Positions 1 to 8,992 of a stretch of 20,000 nucleotides of DNA are shown here, one piece after another. Every line of letters begins with the position of its first letter. Position 1 is the stretch's first letter. The position numbers were made by a program, and so were the translations under genes. Source of the DNA: Parvularia atlantis (taxonomy: Eukaryota); assembly GCA_943704415.1 (NCBI GenBank), contig CALSCO010000306.1:45606-65605 (forward strand). Reading direction: 5' to 3'. Below the pieces are notes generated by a model. The model saw nothing but the letters and a program-made list of their open reading frames with translations. It was not told the DNA's origin and did not search any database.

Positions 1-1
1 C

Positions 2-274
2 GGCTCATTGGCATCGTCCAGCGAGGACCTGCACCACCACCCAAACCACCATTCAAACCAGCACGCCGTCCTTCAGCACCACCCGCAGCCCCGCGCCGTC
101 TCGCCCGGCGTGCTCGAGCCCAACGACTTCCACGACATTGAGCACCCGCCGCGCGGCGACCTGGCCCCCACCAGGCCGCTCGAGCGCACCGTGTTGGATG
201 CCGAGAGCCCGAGCAGCGACTACGACAGCTACGACGACCTCACGGGCGGGCACAGCACCTCGCGCGACGTGTGA
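2..274 (+). CDS. 3' end of an upstream gene; His/Asp/Ser-rich C-terminus of unknown protein (partial)
   Basis: Open frame from the window edge to TGA 272-274 with C/G-ending codon bias like the other genes (…SSDYDSYDDLTGGHSTSRDV*). Confidence 0.6.
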   Translation, partial: GSLASSSEDLHHHPNHHSNQHAVLQHHPQPRAVSPGVLEPNDFHDIEHPPRGDLAPTRPLERTVLDAESPSSDYDSYDDLTGGHSTSRDV

Positions 275-321
275 CCGGCCCGCGCCTCTCCGCTCTCTGC
301 TCCCCCGCTCTTGCTTGCAAT

Positions 322-367
322 TGTTTATGTAGCCCAAGGCTACATGTTTATGTAGCCCAAGGCTACA
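322..367. repeat. Perfect 2 x 23-nt tandem repeat, each unit containing a TGTAGCC-CAA-GGCTACA hairpin
   Basis: TGTTTATGTAGCCCAAGGCTACA at 322-344 and 345-367. Confidence 0.95.
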
Positions 368-400
368 GTAGTGCGTACGTACACCGGTGAGTGCCAGCGA

Positions 401-465
401 TTGCGAGCCGGCCACGTTCATTGCGGGCCGGGCACGCTCACTGCGAGCCGTCCAAGCCACGTTCA
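401..465. repeat. Degenerate 20-nt minisatellite, 3 copies
   Basis: TTGCGAGCCGGCCACGTTCA (401-420), TTGCGGGCCGGGCACGCTCA (421-440), CTGCGAGCCG[TCCAA]GCCACGTTCA (441-465). Confidence 0.85.
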
Positions 466-738
466 AGGGAAAGCTGCCCAAGATTGTACACGAGGGGAGG
501 GAGGGCGAACACAACCAAGGTTCACACAACCGACGATAGGACGACGCGGGGAGAGGAGAGGGCGGGCTCGCGGGGTGGAGAGGAGGGAAAATAAAACGGG
601 ACAAGGAACGACACCGCCACGGCCGGGCCCCGCGGTGCGACGACGACGAGAGGAAGAGAAACGAGGGCAAATGCATGGGTGCTTTGACGACGCGGGGTGG
701 AGGGAAGAGATGGCGCTACAGGAACATCACCGCGACGC

Positions 739-1674
739 TCACATGACCGAGCACTTGAGCCCCTTCATCATGCCCTTGCGCTGACGGGCGGCGCGCGGCC
801 GAGGTTAGCGCGGCCTCGGGCGCACGCGGGCACAGAGCGCAACAGGGCGCACCTTCTCCGGCCCCTTGGGCAGCGACTCCTTGTTGTATCGCCGGATCTC
901 GCGCACGAGCTCGTAGAAGGCCTCGTCCACGTTGATCTTCTGCTTGGCCGAGGTCTCGATGAACTTGCACTGGAACGACTTTGCGAGGTCCTTGCCCTCT
1001 GCGCGCGTGCGCCGGGGGGCGTGAGCCTGTTGCGTCGCGGGCGTGGCTCCGCGCGCGCGCGCACGCACCCTGCGTCGACACCTGGCGGTCGCCCTCGAGG
1101 TCGCACTTGTTCGCGACGATGATGATCGGGAAGTAGTCCTTGTCCTTGACGCGGAGGATCTGCAACAACGCGCACGCGCGTCTCGATCAGCACCGTTGCG
1201 CCGGGGGCAAAACGTGCGCGCGCCAGACCTGCTGGTGGAAGGTCGAGATCTCGTCGAACGAGTGGCGCGACGTGATCGAGTAGACGCACAGGAAGCCCTC
1301 GCCCGTGCGCATGTACTGCTCGCGCATGGCACTGGTACGCGCCATGCCCGCGTGAGCGTCGCTTGCACCGCGCCGAGCACGTGCCACCCGCGCGCGCACA
1401 CGCACCTGTACTCCTCCTGGCCGGCCGTGTCCAACACGTCGAGCAGCGCGACCTCCTCGTCGATCACGCACTGCTTGCGGTACGAGTCCTCGATCGTCGG
1501 GTCGTACTCGTCCACAAAGTGGCTCTGGATGAACTGGATCGTCAGCGCCGACTTGCCGACACCTGCGGCCGCGCGCGTTGAGCCGTGCCGTGCGCCGACG
1601 TGGGTGGGCGTGCGCGCACCGCCGCCGCCGACGACGACGAGCTTGTACTCGCGGAGGAACTGCGACTTGGACAT
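739..1674 (-). CDS. RAS: Ras family small GTPase, 6 exons, 197 aa
   Basis: Exons 1674-1620, 1562-1406, 1331-1229, 1159-1069, 998-853, 780-739, all introns GT-AG. Motifs [34 protein letters not shown] and CAAX CSVM. Confidence 0.98.
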
Positions 1675-1860
1675 GGCGGGTGGGGAGGGGAGGGGGGCGC
1701 ACGAGTGGGGGGAAGGATGCGGCCTGCGCGTGCGCCGCGTGCGGATTGAGCCACACAGTGCGCACGGCCTCGAGAGCGCGCAGCAGCCCACGCCGTGCCA
1801 CGCCGCGCCACGCCACGCCGCCGGCAGCGCGCCGCGCGGGAAGAAAAAGAGCGTTCTCTG

Positions 1861-1878
1861 CTCTCTCTCTCTCTCTCT
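1861..1878. repeat. (CT)9 microsatellite upstream of Ras
   Basis: Direct reading. Confidence 0.9.
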
Positions 1879-2394
1879 TTTCCCGCGCGCATTTTCCCCC
1901 CTCGCGGCAGAAGGCGCACACGGCGCGCACGCGAGAGGGGCGCGGGCGGCGAGGAGGCGCGACGAGGCGCGGCGGCGCGGAGGGGGACGGAGACGGCGAC
2001 GGACGCGTGGCGCACGTTCAGCGGAAAAAACGACCTGCCCAGGACGCGCTTTGTACGGGCGCGCCGTAGCTCATGATTTGCCCCGCCGCGCCTATTCTGC
2101 CCGCGGCTGACGCAATCAGGAATCAGCGCGCACGACACAGGCCCCGGTCCTGCCCGCCACGACCCCTGCGCGCCCCCCACACCCCCAGCATCGCCCGCCC
2201 GCGCGCGCGCACACGGCAGCGCCAACCCCCCTCCCGGCACGGCCGCGCGGGCTATTTCGGGCGCTGCGGCGTGGGTGCGGCGTGTGCGTCACGGTAGCCA
2301 GCGGAAGGTGCTGGAAGGGGGCCACGTGGCCGCTGCGGTCTGGATCCTTCTCTTTCGTCGCGCCGCTGCCCCGCCCTGCCCCGCGCCGCGCCGC

Positions 2395-4120
2395 ATGCCC
2401 TCGTTCGTGTGCGACGCCTGCCAGGACACGGTCAAGAAGCCCAAGCTCGACGAGCACGCGTGCGGCGCCGTCGGTCGTGCTCGCGGGTGGGCGCGCGCTC
2501 ACTGGGAACGACAGGCAGCGCAAGTGCCCCGGGACGTCGTTCTCGTGCATCGACTGCGGCGTCACCTTCTCCGGCACCAGCTACCGCCAGCACACCGCCT
2601 GCGTCACCGAGACCGACAAGTACCAGAAGACGACCATGACCAAGGTGCGCCTTGCACGGCGACGAGCGCACACGCTCACGCACCGCACGGCACGCACGCC
2701 ACAAAGGCCGCCAAGACCGACCCCAAGGCCCCCGACACGCCCAAGCCCGCCGCAGCCGCGGCCGCCAAGACGCCCACCCCGGCCGCCAACGGCAAGCAGC
2801 ACGCTAACGGCAAGGCACCCGCCAGCGGCAAGACGCCCGCCAAGCCCGCCAAGCCGGCGGTGGAGGAGGACGACGACGAGGACGACGACGACGACGAGAC
2901 GCCAGCCGCGCCCGCCAAGGCCGCCCCTGCCAAGGCCGCTGCTGCTGCCAAGGTCGCCACGCCCGCTGCCACCACGCCGGCCAAGCCCGCTGCTACTACG
3001 CCGGCCAAGCCCGCTGCTACTACGCCGGCCAAGCCTGAAGCCGCCACGCCGGCCAAGCGCCCGCACGAGGATGACGACGATGACGAGGAGGAGGACGGCG
3101 AGGTGACGGAGAAGCCTGCTGCCGAGCCTGCTGCCAAGCCCGCTGCCAAGCCTGCTGCCAAGCCTGCTGCCAAGCCGGCCGCCGCGTCTGCCAAGCCCGC
3201 GCCTGCCAAGCCCACTGCGGCAACGCCCGCCAAGCCGACCGCTGCTGCGCCTACCAAGGACGCCAAGAAGGCGACGCAGAAGCCCGCGGCCAACGGTGCC
3301 GCCAAGCGCCCTCGCGTGGACGCGGCCGACGAGGAAAAGGGCGAGGAGGGCGACGACAAGATGGCTGTTGACAAGAAGCCCGCCGCCGCGCCTGCCAAGC
3401 CCGCCACACCCGCCAAGCCCGCCGCACCGGCCAAGGGTGCCGCGCCGGCCAAGCCCACGCCCACGCCCGCGCCCGCCGCCACGCCCGCCAAATCCGCCGA
3501 GGAGAAGAAGGTGTGCGACCGCTCCCACTTCCACCCGCTCTCCCTCCCCTCCCCCCTCTCGCAAAGTCGCCCATTACAGCTCGTATGGTCTGGGGGTCGG
3601 GCGAGTCGCCTCGTGCTGAGGTGCAAATGCCCAGCCCCCGCGCTGGCCTGGGAGCGTCGGAGGGTGACGAGATTTCCGTTCCGCTTTGCTCCACTGCCAT
3701 GTCCGTGCGCTCTGTCGCTCACCCGTCCGCGCCAGAACAAGAAGGCGCGCAGGGACGAGCATGAAGACGTGCCCGCGGCCGACCTGGAGATGATCGTCAC
3801 GTGTTACAAGGAGGCGCTCGAGAAGATCGAGAAGGACAAGGTGCGCCGCGCGAGCGCGCGCTCCGTGCGCACCCTGACGCGCGCCCGCAGTCGGTCACGC
3901 TCGATTTTGTCGAGGACACCGCCTGGACCGACTTCCAGAAGCGCAACAAGGCGGCCAGCACTAACAAGTCGCGCAGGAAGACGCTCAACCACCTGCGCCG
4001 CATTATCAAGGTGCGCGGCGTGCGGCAGGCCGGGCGGCGCAAGGAACTCATGCCCCCGTTGCCTGCTCGCGCAAACAGGTGCACAAGAACGCCCAGGGCC
4101 ACTTCATCCTCAAGCTGTGA
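2395..4120 (+). CDS. LYAR: LYAR-type (cell growth-regulating nucleolar protein) double C2HC zinc-finger protein with long Pro/Ala/Lys-rich and acidic middle, 6 exons
   Basis: MPSFVCDACQDTVKKPKLDEHAQRKCPGTSFSCIDCGVTFSGTSYRQHTACVTETDKYQ matches the LYAR zinc-finger pattern. Introns 2460-2514, 2645-2706, 3511-3735, 3841-3890, 4011-4078, all GT-AG and frame-preserving. Stop TGA 4118-4120. Confidence 0.92.
3566..3675 (+). ncRNA. Candidate intronic single-hairpin H/ACA-like (AGA box) pseudouridylation guide snoRNA
   Basis: Basal stem GTCGCCC 3566-3572 / GGGTGAC 3662-3668. Pocket ATTACA 3573-3578 / GTCGGA 3656-3661. Upper stems GCTC/GAGC, GGTC/GGCC, GGGGGTCGGGC/GCCCAGCCCCC, GCCTC/GAGGT. AGA at 3670-3672 lies 14 nt from the top of the pocket. 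Confidence 0.6.
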
Positions 4121-4257
4121 TCCGCGCACGGCAACAGCGCCGCGGCCGCCCCTTTCCCCCGCTGTTCTCTTCATCAATCGGGTACGAAAAAATCACTCGC
4201 TTTGTCTTTGTGAGGCTGCCGCGGCGTAGTATTACACAAACCAATGACTTTGCTCGA

Positions 4258-4691
4258 TCATCTGCGCGGCTCGTCCTCGCCCCCGCTGTGCTCGTCGGAC
4301 CCGTCGCTGTCCTCGCCGTCGTCCGACCCGCTGTCGTCGTAGAGCGCCTGCCGCGATAGGTCTGCGCGACACGTCAGGCCCGCACAGTACGCAGAGACGC
4401 CGCACCCTGGCCCGACGCGCTCGACCACCCGTCGTCCACCGGCGCGGCGCCGCCCGTCTGGAACGGCTGCATCTTGCGCGCGTAGAACGACTCAAGCTGG
4501 CGCTGGCTGCCGCGCGAGCCCACTGGCGCGGGCACTGGCGACGCCGAGGGGATCGACAGCTGCGGCATGCTCGCGACGGGAACGGCCGGTCTTGTCCCGA
4601 CGGGCGCGGGCGACGTGCGCGCCGACGACGAGCCCGAGGAAGACGTCGCGGTGGCCGGCGCGGCTGGCTCGCTGCCCGTCGCCTGTTGCTC

Positions 4692-4743
<52 letters not shown>

Positions 4744-5925
4744 AGAGCTGCCGCGGCCGCCTTCTTCTTCTGCCCGCCGCGCCGCCCCCGCGACCGGTTG
4801 CGCGAACGCAGGCCCGCCTGCCGGCTCGACAGCTTGACTGCGCCGCGCTCGTGTCAGTCGCTAGCCACACAGCAAGCACGGCCAGCGTCACGCACGCGGC
4901 GTCGGGCCCTCGGACAGCGCAAAGCTCGCGACAGTGACCGCGGTGGACGACGCCGACGGCCGCTGCGGCTGCTGCTGTTGCTGCTGTGGCCCTGAAGCGT
5001 CCCCGACCGATCTGGGCAGCGTGACACTGATGATCAGTTTCACCAGACCACACGAGCACACGAGCGCGCACGCACGCACCCTGGCCGTGGCGGGCGCGCT
5101 ATGGGCTGCGGCGACGGCAGCGGCAGCGGCGCAGGGCCGTAGAGCGTCACGGGCGCATGCGGCGGCAGTTGGTACGCGGCGGCCGCTGGAACGGACCCGC
5201 CCGCGCCCGGCAGCGATGGCGGCGGCGGTCGCGCGGCGTAGCCCAACGGGTTCGAGTACAGCCCCCGGTCGTGCATTTGATCGTAGCCTACGCGCCGCGG
5301 CGCCGTGTGAGCGCAGCGGGGGCGGGGGACGGGAGCGGCGCAACGAAGCGCACCCGCGTCAAAGTCGTCGCCAGACTGCCCCAGCGTCACAACGGCCAGC
5401 GCGCCACTCAGCTCGGCGTCCACCCGGCGGTTCAGCGGGCTCGACGTCCGGCTGCCACTGCTCCCGCCCGACAGCGACGGGTCTGAGCCCGAGCGCTGAC
5501 CCTGTGCGAGCAAGCCGCCGCGCCACCCGCTCAACTGCCGCGGCCGGAGTGAGTGAGCGAGCACGCGCGTCACACATGAGCATCGTGCGCACCTCCTGCA
5601 TGCTCGGGTCACGCCGCACTTGCGGCTGGTACAGCGGCTGCTGCGGCTGCTGCTGTTGCTGTTGCTGTGGTGGCGGTGGCTGCGGCTGTTGCAGTGTCGG
5701 CGGCTGCGACGGCACGCCGAGCGGCTCCAGCGGCAACCCCGCGCGCTGCAGGTACTGCAGGTTGTACAAGTCGTCGGCCGAGAAGCTGCGTCAGTGGCCG
5801 GTTAGATCACACGCGATCACGCGATCGCGCCTGGCGACGGCACGCACGCCGAACGGCGGATGGGAAAGCTCTGCTGGCGAAGGTGAACGGCGATCGGCAC
5901 CGGCACGCTGCCCCATGTGTGCTGC

Positions 5926-5972
<47 letters not shown>

Positions 5973-7820
5973 CTGTAGTTGAGACAGCGGTGCGTAGGTT
6001 CCGTAGCCGTGCGGCTGAGCCGAGTCTCCGCTGTGGCCAAAACGCGACGCGCCGTACGCCGCGCCCCGGTGGCCGTGTGACTCAGGCTGCTCGTCTGGCT
6101 GATCGCTTGACTGCCGACGTAGCAGCGCGCGAGACGGCTGCGCGTAGTAGAACATCGGCATCGGCATCGGCTCGTTGTACGCCGCCGCGCCAGTCCACGA
6201 CATCGGCTGCGGCTGCAGCGGAGGCTGCGAAGATAGGGCACCAGGTCCACGTCCAGGTCCAGGCCACGCCATACCGCTCGCTCCACCGTAGCCTCTGCCG
6301 TTGCCGCCGGCGCCCCACATGCCGCGCGCCGGCTCCGACGTGCGCCGCTGGTGTGTCGCTTGCGGCGGGCGCTCGACCACAGGCGCGACCGGTTCGTCTG
6401 CGGGACCAGAGGCAATCAGCTATCAAATCGACAGCCGACGGCGACGGTGATGGCTGTCGATGAGGTGAGGCGGACACTGCCGAAAGCGACGCGCACGGCC
6501 TAGGCCGCTCCCAAGCTCCGTGCTTCCCCCGTGCCACCCCAAGCCCGCAACAGACAGTACGAGCAGCAGCACAAGCAGCGGTAGCACGAGGCAATAAGAA
6601 AAGACTCGGGTTTGGGGGCCATTGCAGGCACCGCAGGAGCAGAGTGTCGAGCCACGTGCACGGAGGCGCAACCACCTCACGTCACGCCACGCACCGTTGC
6701 TAGCGCGATAGACAGTCCCACTCTGCGCCAAGGGCGACGAGCCCGACGAGCGTCGCGAGGCAGGCTGTTCCAGCGATGTCACACTTTGCAGGGCCTGCTC
6801 GTAGCCGAGGCCGCGCTGCCAGGGCGCGCCGCCGTCCATCGACGAGCGCGACGTGGTCGGCGCCGAGAAAAACACGGGCACGGTGATGCTCGCGTCCGAG
6901 CCGTGCGCGCGCGGCTGCAGGTCTAGGTCGCTCTCAGACGCGCTCGAGTGCTGGTACAAGAGCCGCTCCTGCCACGCCGCCAGCGCGCGTTGCCGCAGCC
7001 GGCCCGCGTCCGTCAGCTGGTGCGGCTCCAGGCCTGCGCCAACGCTGCCGCTCAGCTTGCGCTCGGCCTCGACGCTCATGGCCTTGTCGGACGCCGTGCT
7101 GTCAAACGGGTCACCTTCCTCGCGGATGGACCGCATGACCGGCGTCAGGGGCCGCACGCGCCCCGCTCCGGGCGAGAAGACAGGTGGCGGCGTGGTCAAA
7201 GTGTCCGCGGGCTCGGCGACAGCGTCGCGGCCGTGCTGCTGCGACAGGGTCGACGGTGCTGTTATCGCTGGGCTGGACGGTCGGCGGCCGGGCAGCGACG
7301 TCGACGAGCCGCGACGCACGTCGCCCAGCCGAGCGAAGGGCGATCCGCCCGTGCGCACGCTGCCACCGGCCTCGCCCGAGCCGCTCCAGGAGCGGTAGAT
7401 CTGCAGACGCTCGGCGGCGATCGCGGCAAGATCGCTCGGATCTGTCACAGCGCCGCTGCCGCGCTGGCTGCTCCCGCCGCTGCTGGTGCTGCCGCCATCG
7501 CCGCCACTGCCGCTGCTGGTGCTCGTTTCGCCGCTGCCGAGGCGCCCGCTGCCGTCCCGGTCGCCCGCGCTGCCGCTGCCGTGCCTGCTGGCGGCCTCGT
7601 CGGCGCTGAGGCTGAAGTAGTCGGCCGGGGTGCTGGCCGAGCCGGTGGCGGAGCCGGCGCGCGACGACGACAACGCGGTGCTGGCGGGCGTGCTGCTGCT
7701 GCTGCTGCTGCTGCTCACGGCCTTGGGCGCGGCCGATGGTGCCGCTAGTGCCGATGCTGTTGCTGTTGATGATGAAGCCGGCGGCCGTTCGCGCTCGTCG
7801 CCGGCGCCGCCCGGAGCCAT
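4258..7820 (-). CDS. Large (~970 aa) low-complexity, probably disordered protein with Ser/Gly, Pro and polyQ tracts; unknown function; 8 exons
   Basis: Seven GT-AG introns with GTGCG donors (largest 6398-6694) join ORF pieces 6423-7874, 5817-6380, 5359-5769, 5040-5612 and 4374-4568 in frame, from ATG 7820 to TGA 4258-4260. No recognisable folded domain. Confidence 0.7.
4692..4742 (-). repeat. Coding CAG repeat (Q17, including 14 uninterrupted CAG)
   Basis: (CTG)14 at 4698-4739 on the + strand. Confidence 0.9.
5922..5975 (-). repeat. Coding CAG/CAA repeat (Q18)
   Basis: Mixed CTG/TTG run on the + strand, in frame with exon 2. Confidence 0.85.
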
Positions 7821-8129
7821 CGCAGCAGGAGGGCGGCCGCGGTGCGCCAAATCGCCATGCACCGCGCCGCGCACGGCGTTGGGGCTCGCCTCAGCCGACG
7901 AACGACGACGGGAGGACGAGAGGACGAGAGCGGGACCCGGGGTGCTGACGACGGCGCGGACCGGGGCGCGGGGCCGAGGGCGGTGCGGCGCGAACGGCGA
8001 ACGGGGCGGGGGCGGCCGGCCGATAAAACGCGGGCGGCGAGGGGCGGCGGCGGCGGCGGCGGGAGGGGGGGCAGCGCGGAGAAAGGCCGATGTGCCGCTT
8101 GCCGCTTCCGTGTGTCCCGCCCTGAACGT

Positions 8130-8132
<3 letters not shown>

Positions 8133-8174
<42 letters not shown>
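8133..8174. repeat. (CT)~21 microsatellite
   Basis: Direct reading; lies upstream of the minus-strand gene starting at 7820. Confidence 0.95.
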
Positions 8175-8180
<6 letters not shown>

Positions 8181-8992
8181 TTTCCCGCCTCTCGGCCGCC
8201 TCTGCGCACGGCGCCGCCGTCAGCCCCGCCCTGTGTGGCACAGACGCGGGCGCAGCCCCGGAAATAGCGCGCGCACAACAAAGCGACAACACGCAGCCGC
8301 CCCGCTTCCGAGAATGGCCCGGTCGCCAGGCGCCCCCCGCTCCGATCCCCGCCGCGCCGCGCCTCGCCTCCCTCCTCGCCACACCGCGCCGCCTTCTGCT
8401 CAACGGCCACGTACTTGGCCAGCGCGCGCGCGCCCCGCCCGCCCGCCCGCCCCGCCACGCGCAAACAAAGCGAACGAGCGTCGAAAAGACGGCAAGCGAG
8501 AAAGGCGGAAACAAATGACGCTCTCAAAAAAAGACTTTTTTTTCCCCGTCTGAAATCCGGCTAAACGCGCGCCGTGACGCCCCGCGCCGCCGTGACGTCG
8601 TGTGCCGTCGTCACTCGCCCCCCACACACACAGACGCGCCCCGCGCCGTGTGCGCCGCGGCGGCAGCCCCGTGGCGGAGGTCGGCGTGCGACGAGTGCGA
8701 CGCGGACAAAAGCAGTGGAAAATAACGCGGCGGCCCCGTGTTCGAGAACGTCCTTCCGGTCGCGCCGCGCAACCGCTCTCACCCGCGGCCGCCGCTTGTT
8801 GCCCACGCTGCGCCCACGCCACGCCGTCGGCCACGAAACGCAAAACAGCGCGGCCAGCAACCCGCACGCGGCACATGCCAGCGACCCGCGCGCGGCGCCT
8901 GCCATGCCGGACCACGGGCCTCCGTGCGGGGGCGACGCGTCGTTGCTATGCGCACCTTGCTTTCGACTCACACACTTCCGTCTCGCTCTGGC

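Noticed and set aside
322..465. Palindromic repeats resembling a CRISPR array
   Set aside because: Repeats are directly adjacent with no unique spacers, no cas genes are present, and the context is eukaryotic.
3570..3640. tRNA-, ribozyme- or riboswitch-like fragments (AGCTC..TGG, GGTGCAAAT) in the LYAR intron
   Set aside because: No cloverleaf, and conserved cores of TPP, twister, pistol and SECIS elements were not found; the single rod hairpin explains the pairing better.
2581..3800. Long Gly/Ala/Leu-repeat minus-strand ORFs
   Set aside because: Antisense shadows of the LYAR PAK repeats.
4934..6463. 509-aa plus-strand ORF with poly-Cys/Ala runs
   Set aside because: Antisense reading of polyQ exons; all splice signals here are on the minus strand.
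7875..8992. Several 130-300 aa ORFs in the 1.1-kb gap
   Set aside because: Arg/Ala/Pro-rich translations through microsatellite and promoter-like DNA, with no codon bias or consistent splice pattern.
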